Positions 48,613 to 63,255 of a DNA stretch of 64,000 nt are shown here, piece after piece (within the stretch, counting starts at the first letter, position 1; every line of letters begins with the position of its first letter). The DNA lies in assembly GCA_964016885.1 (NCBI GenBank), contig OZ024742.1, positions 65,782,001-65,846,000 on the forward strand, in the 5' to 3' direction. Below the pieces are notes generated by a model. It did not search any database. It was not told where the DNA came from and saw only the letters and a program-made list of their open reading frames with translations. The translations under genes and the position numbers were made by a program. The stretch comes from Eledone cirrhosa (taxonomy: Eukaryota).

Positions 48613-49168
48613 GCATATAAAAAATTCATTCACATACACAACTGGGTGCAGAAAAGTTATTGGCTTTCGGTAAAAGAAAATACAGAAGGATCAGTTATTT
48701 ATGATTTCATTCAACATATTCTCCTGTATAGATAACAGCGCTACACTTTCGCTATACCCTAAAGCCAGGAATTTTTCAGCACTTATGGACGGTAGGATAT
48801 GTTGCCAAATGAATGTTTCTTTTTTTATGGAAGAAGTGAATAAACTTTTAAAACATATGGTAGGTCAGTCATACGAAGAAAAAAATTTGGTACGGCATTT
48901 CCGTCCGTGTTTTTGTGTTGAATGTAGGAATGTAAGAAAATTTGGCGTTATTTCAAGTTTACAAATGAAAAGCGTAGAGCTATGAAATTTTATTATTTTG
49001 AGGCAATAGAAATTTTGGGGGTTAATTCAAGTTTGTATTTGAAAAGCGTACTTGAATGGCCAAGAAATTAATTTTATTTATATTGAGATCAAAGAATATT
49101 TAGGAGATTTCCTTAAAGTAGTAATTATAAAAGAGTGTGTAATTTACATTGAGGCTGTAGAAATATTT
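47759..49168. repeat. Large inverted repeat, ~545-bp arms
   Basis: 47759-48303 inverted with 48627-49168; mirror ORFs 47945-48145 and 48701-48985 differ by one residue over the shared part. Confidence 0.95.
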
Positions 49169-49235
<67 letters not shown>

Positions 49236-49370
49236 ATATGGGGAGAAGAATACTGCAGGTTGCACATGGATAACATGTAATAAAATGAGTCCCTCATCAG
49301 TGATTTGCCGATTTGCCGACGATCATAGATATTTCATTGCATTAAAAATCATATACCTCACGTCGGTGCA

Positions 49371-49428
<58 letters not shown>

Positions 49429-49582
49429 GAACGTGTAGTAAGAAACCAGATGGACCATACTTAGTACTCGATACTTAGGTTAGTAGAGTGGGTAATAGGA
49501 AAAGTGTCAGGACCCAGATGGCTGAAGCTCAGCCGTCGGGGTCCGGACTCTTTTCCTATATATATATATATATAATATATAC

Positions 49583-49694
<112 letters not shown>

Positions 49695-50043
49695 CTGTGA
49701 GTGTATATTTACATATGTACGCACACACACACACATACCTATATATATAGCTTAACTTTGTTTTTACCCCTTCCTTGTCTTGGCCACCTAAATTTGTGCG
49801 TGAGTGGCTAATAAAAAAACCCATTATTTAATGTAACACATTCAGTACCATTTTTGTCATTTTTACAACAAAAACAACAACAACAATAACAAGTACTACT
49901 ACTACAACAACTACTGCTTCTACTATGACAACGACGACGTAACTTATTTACCTAAACTACATTTATGCACTGACTGACTAGAAGCAATATCTATTCAAAT
50001 AACATTTATTGAGCAGACAATTGAAAAGGAGTGAAAATGTTCG

Positions 50044-50106
<63 letters not shown>

Positions 50107-50446
50107 AGTGTAGGAATATTATGAAGAACAAACAAGAGATAAAATAATTTTTAAAAAAATGAGGAAAGCTCGCGAGAAGCTGAAATGTAATTGCTGTATG
50201 TTAATTTTTTTACTCCTGAGAAATAAAGATTCGAAGAAGATTAAAATGGTTATCACGTGTTTAATATAATTCTCAGATTTATAGAAAATTGTGTATTTCA
50301 TATTAATTATTATTTTATTTATATAGATTCTTTTCCATTCTGACGGACAGAACTGTATCAGTAAAATATATAATTAAATTTACTTTGAAAGCATTGGATT
50401 GAATATACCCAATAATAATATTATATGTATATATATATATATATAC

Positions 50447-50612
<166 letters not shown>

Positions 50613-50613
50613 G

Positions 50614-50665
<52 letters not shown>

Positions 50666-51079
50666 CAAGTACAAATATTTATGTATTTGTGCGTATGTAT
50701 GACTATAAATGTATGCATATAGTCACACGGTATATGGTAGATGTGGAATCGAATCCTCATATTTCCATCTAGTTGTTTATATGTCTGAAATTCAAAGTAA
50801 AAAGAAAAAAAACCTTCTGAGATATAACTTCAAAAATTCGTAACACGCTCAACGATTTTAAAAATAACTATTTGGTAAGAAAATCTCAGGAGAGCTGGAC
50901 AGCAAAAGGTCTTCTGTGAAGAAAACCCCATTTAAGCGAATGTTTTGCCCCTTAACTTCTACATATAGTTTCAGTTCATTTCTGCAACGAGGCTAAGTAT
51001 ATGTTTATTGTAAATAAACGTATTATTTATGTTTATATATGTTTTCATGCAGACCTCTATTATATGTTATCATATAATT

Positions 51080-51271
51080 GGTGGCGGTGGATTGGCAGTA
51101 TCGGTAGAGGGCCGGACGCCATGCTTTCCAGCATAGTTACGTCCCTTTACGATCTGAGTTCAAATCCCGCCGAGGTTGACTTTGTCTTTCATCCTTACGG
51201 GGTCGATAAAATAAAGTACCAGTAATGCACTGGGTATTTGCTGGCCTTGTGCCTAAAGTAGAAACAATTAT
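51080..51271 (+). mobile_element. SINE family A
   Basis: Family motifs; flanking ATTATATGTTA(T/C)CATATA direct repeat. Confidence 0.85.
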
Positions 51272-51302
51272 ATGTTACCATATACACCATGAGTTAGTAT
51301 CA

Positions 51303-51339
51303 CTGATGAAAGATTAATAAATCTTGAAACAGCACTGTC
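51303..51339 (+). ncRNA. Solo hammerhead motif
   Basis: CTGATGA-AAGATT-aata-AATCTT-GAAA-CAG-ca-CTG-TC; stem I degenerate. Confidence 0.6.
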
Positions 51340-51508
51340 TCACATTCTCAGAAGGTTTAATATATTCACCGAATAAAATAGAGAAAAATAGAATTGTTTT
51401 TGTTTCCTTTCGTTAGGAAAAAATATTTTCTTTCGGCAGTGAGACTACTCATATGTATATTGTATATAAACGAATTGCATATATTTATATATGTTTTTAT
51501 ATACACAT

Positions 51509-51557
<49 letters not shown>

Positions 51558-51560
<3 letters not shown>

Positions 51561-52060
51561 AAAAGGGAAGTAAGTTTCTATACAAACAGTGGTTATAGAG
51601 AAAAGCTGAAATTGGAAATAGCACGGAAAATATATTTAAGGGTCTGTTTTTCTTTTTTTTTCCCTTTCTTTGATTCATCAAAGTGACATTATTCTAAAAA
51701 TGAGAGGGACTATTCTTTTAAAAAAGTGTTTTATAATGTATATAAAGTATATATAGTATAACAGGTTTCGATGAAAAAAACTTGCCTCAGAACTTAATTT
51801 GAAACCTTTAATTTTTAGTTTTTAATTCTTTTTAATTCTTTTTAATTGTAATACTCACCAATTGATAAGAGGAATTTTACTAATACATCGAAACCGGTAA
51901 TATTCTATATACTTTATATACTTTATATACATTATAAAACTCTTTTTTAAAAGAATTGTCCCTCTCATTTTTTCACTAATGTCACTTTCACGAATCAAAG
52001 AAAGAAAAAAAAAAAGAAAACAGACCCTTAAATATATTTTCCGTGCTATTTCCAGTCTCA
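51558..52060. mobile_element. Inverted-arm pLTR derivative with U3-A8 HHR
   Basis: 51612-51774 inverted with 51886-52056; TTGATAA (51862-68)...GAAA-CCGG-TA (51890-99); tail on the left. Confidence 0.75.
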
Positions 52061-52087
52061 CCTTCTCTCTCTTTCTCCCCCTCTCTC

Positions 52088-52170
<83 letters not shown>

Positions 52171-52439
52171 GGTAGATATGTGTGTAACTATAGTTGAAAA
52201 CTGTTCGTCGGTTAAAGCACTTAATGATGTTACGAGGTTCGTGCTGATGTAAATACAAATAAGCAGGAACGAAGTCAAGGTTGCACCATAAATGAACATC
52301 ATTGCATATGACATCTAGGATACAACTGGACTGAAACCTCCGAACGGTTAAAATTGGATACGTTTATGCCAGAAACAAAATTACGCCTCCAAATATATGG
52401 ATGCTTATGTAAAAAGCCCACTGGATGAACAAGCCCACT

Positions 52440-52700
52440 GGATGAAACTATACGAAATTGAAGTCTGTTCGTTGAATAAGCATCATCAAAATAGCCTGGA
52501 CATATGTAGGCATGTAGTAGAATCGTTTTAAAAACCGTTTCCTAAATTATGAAACAACTTTAAAACCCAAAATAAAAAGAATACCATTAATATGGCGAAC
52601 AAAATATGGCAACTCAAGAACATGAAGAAAAACCTCTCTATTAAAAGGAAGATAATTGAACAATCTCGACCATATAAAAAGAGGGCTCTGAGTTTGGCAG
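52440..52700 (+). mobile_element. Decayed Naiad-like GIY-YIG endonuclease fragment
   Basis: TYVGM..NRFKNRF and ANKIWQLKNMKKNLSIKRKIIEQSRPY resemble the endonuclease C-terminus of the 30.7-kb copy. Confidence 0.5.
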
Positions 52701-53214
52701 ATTACGAAATTTTGAGAGGTGATTAATACTTAATCTTTACATTAACAATAAATCTTTAACCATCCGCCTAGTGCTCTTCTCTCACTGTTCCTACATCACG
52801 AATCATCTTCTAAAGGACTGGGCACCTAACTCTAAATATTTTTCTTTCTATTCTTGAACTTTAGCACTAGGTTATCCAACATGTCCATTTAACTCTGTAA
52901 TTCACTGTTGTCAATTACTTAGCTTTCAAGATCTTCCTAACTGCAAGAGTTACCCGCCTATGTTATTCTTGTTATTACACTCTATATATTCTTCCTTTCC
53001 CACATATCATCTCTCTTTTGGTCGATCTCCTATCTTCCTTTACATACGTTACATATTTAAACCTAAGTAGAGAGGACTCCACTAAAGTCATCGAAAACCA
53101 GTTAACTCGGGTAACAGTTTTCCTAGCAATGATAACTCTAAGATAATGGTCATTTTCGATATTTCTTCCGCACATTCAAAAGCATCTCTGCTTGTAACGA
53201 ACAACGTTTCTGTC

Positions 53215-53480
53215 TTTCTATTATCGATTTAACCATGGGACAATGGCATGCCACATTCTTTTAAATGTAAATATCATAATTATTTTATGAAGCACCTACT
53301 GAGTGCAGATTACATTGACAGACCAGTATGTGAGTTTCTTAAGGAATTTAATGTTAGCGATATGTTTTACTGCGTTGCCAATTCTTGTAAGCTTGTTGAG
53401 GCAACCACACTCAGAATTGACTTTCATAAACTGTGGCCAGGGTTAATTGACACTGTATGTGATGATAGTACATACAACTT
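53215..53480 (+). mobile_element. Tigger/pogo (DDE_1) transposase C-terminal remnant
   Basis: PWDNGM..FKCKY (cf. QPMDQG..FK..Y) followed by KEFNVSDMFYCVANS..V...TL...FHKLWP. Confidence 0.6.
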
Positions 53481-53995
53481 TACATTATTTATGGCTTCAA
53501 AGGTAAAAAAAAGATTATTCAAAATCTGTTTTCTTCTGATCTCCAGATCACTAAAACTGAAAGATCTTGCAGTCAGGATGACCAAAATATATGAAATCGC
53601 TCAACTTGCAAGTTATGTTCCCCAAAATAGTTAAAACGCTTGCAAGAGAGGTATCGCAGCCACCTTCCAAAATGTTGAAGATGGAAATCCCTACACCCTA
53701 CACCGCAAGATCCTGACGAGCGTGAGAGCCCTTTACTTCAATACATGTAAAGGTGTTTAGTTGCAAAATTCAGCTGTTCATTTTCAAAGCTGCAATGATG
53801 AACATTCTTGTGTATGTCAACAGAATTCAATGTACTATTTACTTTAGATTAGCTTCATTAAAATTTCATTTGATTTTCATTTTATGTTGCTTTCGTTTTT
53901 GTTAATCAACTTCCAATGATTGACAGGGACGGTATTTTAACAACAGGATGAACTGGTTTAAGTGTATTCAAAAGGAACCCCTCTGTGATCCGGCA

Positions 53996-54085
<90 letters not shown>

Positions 54086-54220
54086 ACCATATTCATAATA
54101 ATATCCATAAAAGTTATAATCAATGACAGAGATGACAAAAATGTAAATTTAACGATAATAATGATTGCTTCATTATTCACTTAATAACAATGATTTTTCT
54201 ATATAATATGAATAAAACAT

Positions 54221-56301
54221 TATCAGAGCTAGAGCGCGTGCTCTGAAACACGAGGGGATAAAAGCCGTTCAATGGGCCCGGGTGGCAGAGGCGCGACGTG
54301 GCAACAAAGCCACAATTCGGTCTTTATCTGACAAAAACGGGCCCGAATGCTAGAACCCGAGCAGATGTGTGAAGCTTTTCAGCAGCACTTTGCTGAACTA
54401 TTCGGGAGCAGCAGCGGGACGGTCGGCCTCGACTCTCGACGACCGCAGCACAGTGTTGCGAAAAGCCAATAACAGTCGGTGAAATACGGGAAGCGATGGC
54501 TAACTGCACGAGGGGTAAATCGCCAGGTTTGGATTGTCTGCCCTACGAGCTTTATGCATTTATGCCAGACTTGTTCGGTGACCTCTTGGCAGACGTCTAC
54601 TGCAACTGGTAGCAGCTCAGTTGTGAGGGTGAACGGTCATTCCCAGTTTTGTGAGCCGGGGAGCGGTGGCGCTGCTGAGAAAAGACCCGAACAAGGAGGA
54701 TGTTATCGATAACTTCAGGCCCATAACCCTGCTAAACGCAGAGTTCAAGATTTTGGCCAAGGTGTTAGCGACGAAGTTGGCGCTTGTCGTCAAGGGTCTG
54801 GTGGGAGAGGCGCAGACATGCGTCATTCCGGACAGATCCATACACGACAAGCTCCACCCCATGCGATACATCATAGAGAGGGTGGTTAAGGAACCTGGCA
54901 TGGGTGGGGCCCTGATCAACTTGGATCAATCCAAAGCATTCGATAGGGTGACATCGGTACCTGGCGGCGGTCCTCGAGGCAGCCGGTTACGGGCCCGTTT
55001 TCAGCAGATGGATCGTTGCGATGTACAGCGACAGCTGCTCAGTTGGAGGGTGAACGGTCACATGTCGCAGCCATTCAGCATAATGCGCTCGGCCCGCCAG
55101 GGTTGTCCCCTCTCGTCCCTCTTGTACGTATTGGCTCTCGAGCCGTTACTGCACAAACTGGGTGCGATGAGGGGCGTCCCACGCGAACTAGGATGTGGGA
55201 AATCCGAGTCGGCTTACGCCGACGACATCACCGTGGTCGTGTTGAGCACCAGACACGTCCAGGTGCTCGGCACCGCTCTCAAGGAATACGGAGCGGTGAC
55301 AGGAGCAAAGATAAACCAGGAAATGTCGGTGGGCTTGCAGCTCGGCACCTGGAGAGAAAAGTCCATGCCGTCCGACAACGTCGTGGGGTGTTGGACGGAC
55401 GGACCGGTTAAATTGCTCGGGGTCTGGTTCGGACCGGACCTCCTGATGGAGAAAAACTGGAGTGATGCGACGTGCAAGGTGGCCTCCCTCACCCAGAAAT
55501 GGTCTGAGAGGAAGCTGTCCCTGAAAGGCCGGGGAGATGCTCTACAGAGATACTCTACAGGCACGGAAGTGCCGTCAGCCAAGCATGTCCGAGATGCACG
55601 TAGAGTGACGAAACCGTCACGCACGCACTCGTTCAGTGCCCGAGCATTGCTGACTTGTGGAGCTATGTCGAACATTGCTGTCGCGTGTAGGACTGATCCG
55701 GTTATTGGCTGAGTCCATTGTGCAGATGCTCTCACCGTTTCCTTCGAGGAGGAAGGGCAGGCGGTTTTCATCTGCCTGGTGGCCATGGCGAAAGAGAGTG
55801 TGTGGTCGACAAGGTTGAAAGGGTTAAAGACAGAGACTTTCCTCTTCGGCGAATCCCTAATTAACATTTTCAAGTTTCACCTGAAGAGGAAAATCAGGGT
55901 GGAGAGGCAAGTGCTGCCTTCTAGCAAGTTTGTTGAAAGGTGGGTGAATGTAGCGAGAATGGTCCGAGTGAACGGGACCGCTCTGAATATACGCCTGTAG
56001 TTTGAGAAATGGAAAAATTGAGAGAGGACGCTTGCCCTGGTGGTCAGGGTGGCCGTGGTCTTTTGTGTGGTTTTCGCCACGAGTAACCCTCGGAGGATTC
56101 TCCCCTATTGGGGATTTTTCATTGTTTCAATTTTCATTTTTATTGTTGATATATATATATATATGTTTCTGTCTTTTTTTTCTTTTCTTATATAAATAAG
56201 AAACATCTTTACACGCACAAAATCCACATCGTACCGTCCTGTACCGTCCTGTACCGTCTGTCATGTTTTTCTTGATGTTAGCCCTTGTGGTCAATAAAGA
56301 A
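54221..56301 (+). mobile_element. Tx1/L1-clade LINE, 5'-truncated, frameshifted and internally deleted
   Basis: GC-rich; NFRPITLLNAEFKIL, LDQSKAFDRV, RQGCPLS, YADD; large deletion near 55533; 3'UTR ending AATAAAGAAA-(ATT)n. Confidence 0.9.
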
Positions 56302-56346
<45 letters not shown>

Positions 56347-56347
<1 letters not shown>

Positions 56348-58068
56348 GATACATCGTAGAGAGGGTAGCTAGGGAACCTGGCACGGGTGGGTCCTTGATC
56401 AATTTAGATCAGTCGAAAGCTTTCGATAGGGTCGACCATCGTTACCTAGCGGCAGTCCTGAGGGCGGCTGGCTTTGGGCCCGTCTTCAGAGGCTGGATCG
56501 CTGCCATGCACAGCGACATCTGCTCTGTGGTGAGAGTGAACGGTCACCTGTCGGAACCGTTCAACATCATGCGCTCGGTCCGCCAAGGATGTCCCCTCTC
56601 GTCCCTCTTGTACGTATTGACTCTCGAGCCATTACTGCACAAACTGGAGACGTTGAGGGGAGTCCCGCGCGAACTAGGATGCGGAAGATCCGTGTCAGCA
56701 TATGCGGACGATGTCACCGTAGTGGTGTCGAACGCCAAACACATCGAGGCGATCGGCACTACACTAAGAGAATACGAAGCGGTGACAGGAGCAATGATCA
56801 ACCAGGAAAAGTCAGTGGGCCTGCAGCTCGGCACCTGGAGAGGCAGGTCCATGCCGTCCAACAGCGTCGTCGGGCGCTGGACGGACGGACCGGTTAAATT
56901 GCTAGGGGTCTGGTTCGGTCCGGACCTCCAGACGGACAAAAACTGGGACGAGGTGACGAGCAGGGTGGCTTCTCTCACCCAGAAATGGGCGGAGAGGAAG
57001 CTATCCCTGAAAGGTCGAGCGGAGGTGGCTAACGCGTACATCGCGTCTGTCATCTGCTACCGCCTAACCGTCGTACCTTGTCCTAAGCCTCGCCTGACTG
57101 CGCTGGAGCGTTTGCTCTTTCGCTTTTTGTGGAAGGGACGTGCTCCGATGGTCAGGCGGTCCATCTGTTGTCAACACCCGCTACGTGGAGGGCTGGGCAT
57201 GCCGTGGCTGATGATGCGCAGGCACGCGCTCAGGCTACGACATCTCCACCTCTTCCTCGACGGTGATCAGGTGTGGTCGCCGTTTGCTAGACGCGTTTTT
57301 CCCCAGCTCGTTTCCTTGACGGAGCTGCAGTCCTGGGTCAAGCGAAGACCGAGAGGGAGCGCCTGGAGACTGGAATGTCTTCAGGCGCTCACAGCCCTCG
57401 ACCAATCGGGCAATGTGATCGGTGGAAACTCCACCTCGGCGTTCTATAGAGGATTAGTGGAGGGGAAGAGCGACGACGTACTTGGGGAAACTCTAGGCGT
57501 CGACGAAAATCAACTAGCCAATCTCTTTGGAAGAACTTTTGGGCCAGGGCCTATGGACAACTTCCAGAAATCTCTGGCCTGGCAGTGCTACCGAGGAGCC
57601 TTGCCAGTTCGGGATAAACTCTACAGGCATGGAGGTGCCGTCAGCCGGGCATGTCCGAGATGCGCGCAGGGCGACGAAACCGTCCTGCACGCACTCGTCC
57701 AGTGTCCGAAAATTGCTGACTTGTGGGTTTATGTCGAACACCTGCTGTCGCGTTTAGGACGGATCCAGCTATCATCTGAGTCCATCGTGAGGATTGCCCC
57801 GCCCTCCTCCTTTAGCCGGGAAGGGCAGGCAGTTTTTATCTGTCTGGTGGCCATGGCGAAAGAGATAGTATGGTGGACACGTTTGAAAGGGCTGAAGACG
57901 AGCACTTACCTCTTCGGTGATGCTCTGATTGACTTTTTCAAATTTCATTTGAAAAGGAAAATCAGAGTAGAGAAGGAAGTGCTCTCTTCCCAGCATTTTG
58001 TTGAAAGATGGGTGAGAGAAGCAAGAATGGCCCGAGTGAATGGGCCGACTCTGAGTATATATCTATAA
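56347..58068 (+). pseudogene. Truncated LINE ORF2: reverse transcriptase plus C-terminal CCHC finger
   Basis: LDQSKAFDRV, VRQGCPLS, YADD, LLGVWF, GGLGMP, CPRCAQGDETVLHALVQC; no genuine start. Confidence 0.9.
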
Positions 58069-58329
58069 ACTAAAGGTGGAAAACTGGGAGAGGGCACTTG
58101 CCTTGGTGGTCAGGGTCATTGTGGCTTTTTACTGGGCTTTCTCCACAAATGTCCCTCCGAAGTCTCCCCCCTATTGGGGAATTTTTTCATTGTTATTTTC
58201 ATTGTTATTTTTGTTACATCCTCTGTTTTTGTTTTTTTACACGCAGAAATGCCCATTTGTACCGTCCTGCATTGTCCTGCACTGTCCTTAATGTCTACTT
58301 TATGTAAACCCTTGTGGTTAATAAAGAAA

Positions 58330-58331
<2 letters not shown>
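56347..58331 (+). mobile_element. Tx1/L1-clade LINE, 5'-truncated, 3' ORF2 intact
   Basis: Open frame to 58068; 3'UTR ending AATAAAGAAAT; flanked by (ATT)n at 56302-56346 and 58332-58425. Confidence 0.95.
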
Positions 58332-58409
<78 letters not shown>

Positions 58410-58590
58410 GTTATTATTACTATTTATGTTTAAGACATCATTAGTACCGAAAGGAAGAACAACAACAATAAAATCCCAATACTATAAGAGTAATAATACG
58501 TGACAAAGATAATTGTTTGTTTTAAATACGCACACTCTCACACTCCCGCTCATATAACTTGATATGATATATAAGATGAGAATATATAAT

Positions 58591-58696
<106 letters not shown>

Positions 58697-59017
58697 TATA
58701 TATACATATATATATAAATGTATATATATATACATGTGTGTGTGTGTAACTTCCTTCCCTCAGCGTCCGTGTTAATGGATCGAAATTAGTCGGGCAAAAT
58801 AATAAGGGCGGCAGAAAACGTGATAATGAAAATGTCTATACTTATTTATAAACGATTATATATATATATACGCACATATATATATATAAACGATTATATA
58901 TATATATATACGCACATATATATATATGTGTTTGTATATATATATATATTTATATGTATATATATATATGTATATATATAAATATATATATATTTATACA
59001 CACACACATATATATAT

Positions 59018-59048
<31 letters not shown>

Positions 59049-59072
59049 CACACATATATAGACACACACACA

Positions 59073-59154
<82 letters not shown>

Positions 59155-59709
59155 CATAGAAATAAGTAAAAGGAAAAAAGTAAACTAATCGTGTTTTCTT
59201 CAGTTTACAATTTGTCTGAGAACAATTTAGAAAGTTTATCCATAGATATATTCTTAAGTAAAGAAAACACGACTAGATTTATGAGAACAATTATTTTGAT
59301 AAATACATATATAGATTCTATTTTCCTAATGAGGACTTTGCCTTAAATTGTGTTTTTTCCATTATTATTATTTTTTTTTAGCAGGAACATACATCTCCAG
59401 TTGCCCACTAGCCTAGGAGAACTGTTAGACATGGTGGCATATATTTTTTGTAAATATATACATTTGAATATAACATTTTGAATCAATAAAACTGTTTCAC
59501 TTATCAAGTGCTTAGAGTACGGCTAAAGCACCGGAAGAAAAAGAAAGAAAATCAGCATTGGGAAGTGACTATAAATAATGGAGAAGGGAATAAGGTTTTA
59601 CTATGAAGGTAAATGGTACAAGCGAGGTCAAATTGGTTTTCATTCTTTCGCGGTCGATAACAAAGTACCAGTCTAGTAATGGTATTGACTACACTATATC
59701 CCATTTTCA

Positions 59710-59762
<53 letters not shown>

Positions 59763-61210
59763 CCCTCCTCTCTCTCTTTCTCTCACTCCCTCTCCCTCTC
59801 TTTCCTTTTCCTCTCACTCTCTCTCTTTCCCTATTTTTTTCTCTCTCCCTCTCTCTCCTTCTACAGATAAAATCGGTGATGTTCAGACTTGGAGAGTGGA
59901 TGGTGTCGACCAGGTTTCATAATGACCATGACACGCCATATGTCCCTACGCTGCTACTACAACTCAGTCAGGGGATTCGGGTCCATACATAAAAGAGCCG
60001 CAAGCCATCCAGTGTGGGAAAGAAGAAGGATAAAAAATAGGAGATGAAAGAGGAGGTATTTGTTGAGCTTCTCTATGAATATTACTTTCCTCTTTTCGTC
60101 ATCAAGATATCTAACTACGTCAAGTGGTGCAAGGTAACGATAGAGCTGACAGTTCTCTGGAAAGGAAACATCAATGACGCATTTGCCATGAAAGACAAGA
60201 TGCTATAGGCTGGTTCAAAAATGTTTAGGGGTCAGGTATCATGTCTTCCTGCGCAGCTAGGTCTGATATGTCTAAAGATCGGTTGGAACTAAGATCGCTC
60301 ACTTAGAGCCCTTGGACTAGCCGCAAAGTAAACATATTTCGAGCAAGTTATCAGAGACTGCGGAGGAAAGGAGGGAGTACATCTGTTTCAGGAGAGAAAA
60401 CGGAGGGTGTGTATAATACAGTGAGGAGCGCCCATCAAGCTTTAGATTGATAAAGCTACAATATGTGCCACACTTACTTTACAATCTACACGTGCTTCGT
60501 CGTTTACATAGGTAGATGACACTGGATAACCCGTCACAATTAGTTCCGACAATAATACAAGGAAGAAATCTCTACTTTGTTTTTAGCTTTCTAGAAATAG
60601 TATCGAAATGTTCATCAAATGCGAATCTACGTCTCAAATAATTGTCGCATTATATGTGTCAATTATGGTTGAAACACAAGCAAGATTATCAAGTCTGGAA
60701 CACCTTTGAACATACGACTACACACTCAGGGTCAGCCTGATTCTAATCAACACTAGCTAAGATACGATGTTAGCAAGACAATGTCCTGCACTTAGTGTAA
60801 ATACAACTAGGTCACACCAGAAAAATGTTACAATGCCAAGGCATGAATACTACTTTCTAGTTATTCTACACATTTCAACGACCTATCGTAAGAAAATCAT
60901 ACACCTCACATAGACTAGATACTTTTATAATGCAATAAAACATTACTATAACTGAACTGTAACACAACTATTCCTCTCCCCCAATATAGACACATCTATA
61001 ATAATACAGGACTCAACTATAACACCCTTTTAACAATCCTATACAAATTATCCTCAGCAAACACATCTACACCACACCAGAACGCTATCGTAACAACCCT
61101 ATATCCTTCACTCAGAATAGACACATTTAAAACGCCACAGAAACTAGGATAAGAGCATACTAACAACACTATAAGCTTCACCAAGTATAGACATAATTAC
61201 TACATACTAC

Positions 61211-61400
61211 CGGTGGATTGGCAGTATTGGTAGAGGGTCGGACGCCATGCTTTGACGTATAGAGTTACGGTCCTTGCCATTCTGAGTTCAAATCCCGCCG
61301 AGGTTAACTTTGCCTTTCATCCTTACAGTTTCGATAAAATAAAGTACCAGTAATGTACTGGGTAATTGCTGGCCTTGTGCCAAACGTAGAAACAATTATT
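61211..61400 (+). mobile_element. SINE family A
   Basis: Family motifs, full length. Confidence 0.85.
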
Positions 61401-62237
61401 TCTTCTACCAATCCTAGGAATACACCCACAAGAACGTTAATATATAGCTCGCCTCACTACCATATCCCTGTCAAATTAACTACAAACAACAGTACGACTA
61501 CAAACGATCCAAACAACAATATTTATTCCAGTCAGTATTATACAAAGATACACACAGATGGAACTACAAAATCAAAAAACCTCCGAAACGTTCACGACCA
61601 GAAGAAAATATCAGTCAAATCTCACCGTTTCAAAATAGATTCAACTATTTCCGTTTTGGAGCGATACTGAGAAAGACACTCACGACTAGAATTCCGTTGA
61701 TCATAGCTCTACACAATCAGAAATATCAGGAAAAAACCAATGAGGTGGAGGACACTAAGGCATGAATCAACTTGCTAGAAATGCCAGACAAATGACTCTT
61801 ATCACAGTGCACCAACACGAATAAAGAATGTTACATTTCTTGATGGGGTCAACAGATGGAACGGAATAGTTTTGGTTATAGATCGGTTTACTTAGAGCCT
61901 AACAACGTAAAACTAGTACTATCACCAAACCAAGGGCGTCGGCAAATCATCATCGTTAACTACAACATCATCAACAACATTCTCATCATCAACATCTTCA
62001 TCAACGACAGCATCCTCAAAGACATCAACATCAAAAACAAACATATCGTGGGCAGCAATACTAACACCATCAACACCACCAAAACCATTATCACCATTAA
62101 CACTATTCACAACATTAACATCATTAACAACATCAACAGTAATATCACCATCAACAACATAACAACAACATCAACATCAACAACGACAGCAACAACTTTA
62201 ACAACATCAACACCACCACCAACAATAACATCAACAA

Positions 62238-62622
62238 ATAATTGTTTCTACTTTTGGCACAAGGCCAGCAATTACCCCAGTGTATTACTGGTACTTTATT
62301 TTATCGACCCCCCGTGAGGAGGAAAGGCAAAGTTAACCTCGGCGGGATTTGAACTCAGACCACAAAGGGCCGTAACTCTATGCGTCAAAGCATAGCGTCC
62401 GACCCTCTACCGATACTGCCAATCCACCGTCAATAATAATTGTTTCTACTTTAGGTACAAGGCCAGCAATTACCAAGTACATTACTGGTACTTTATTTTA
62501 TCGATCCCGTAAGGATGAGAGGCAAAGTTAACCTCGGCGGGATTTGAACTCAGATGATAAAGGGACTTAACTCTATGCTTTAACGCATGGTGTCCGACTC
62601 TCTACCGATACTGCCAATCCAA
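62238..62622 (-). mobile_element. Two tandem SINE family A copies
   Basis: ~62238-62430 and ~62436-62622. Confidence 0.85.
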
Positions 62623-62872
62623 CGAGCTGCTTCGACAGCAACAACAATAACGACAACTATTTTGACATCAACTTCAACACAAACATCACCAACAAGGACA
62701 TGAACAATAAAAACATTAGCTACAACAACCATAGCTACTGCAACCACATTTCTAAACAAGCATTGGTAAGTTTAAAGAGATAAGAAATAGCAGCTGGATC
62801 TCCTCCAAATCCTGTGTTTCAATGAAAAGAACACACACACACACATATATATATGTATATATATATAAACAC

Positions 62873-62911
<39 letters not shown>

Positions 62912-63013
62912 AACGTTATATATATATATATATATATATATATAATGTATTATATATATATATATAAATAAACGTTATATATATATATATAACGTTATAT
63001 ATATATATAAACG

Positions 63014-63067
<54 letters not shown>

Positions 63068-63068
63068 C

Positions 63069-63102
<34 letters not shown>

Positions 63103-63105
<3 letters not shown>

Positions 63106-63188
63106 GTTAAGACTGCTATACCAAGCGTTAACCTAATATATATCTTCCATATACTGTACTGATGGTGTTTTTATTTCTCTTTACCTTT

Positions 63189-63255
<67 letters not shown>

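Noticed and set aside
47945-48985. Duplicated small protein gene (MDGRICCQ...)
   Set aside because: Both ORFs are simply the two arms of the inverted repeat; no recognisable domain or splice structure
49240-49302. Minus-strand CTGATGA as a further hammerhead (also isolated CTGATGA at ~14517, 34662, 38835)
   Set aside because: No correctly spaced GAAA and stems
56263-56346. Signal-peptide or poly-Ile N-terminus on the 601-aa ORF
   Set aside because: Read-through from the upstream element's 3'UTR and the (ATT)n tract into a 5'-truncated ORF2
55214-57996. Antisense and alternate-frame ORFs over the Tx1 copies
   Set aside because: Expected shadows of GC-rich coding sequence; no independent motifs
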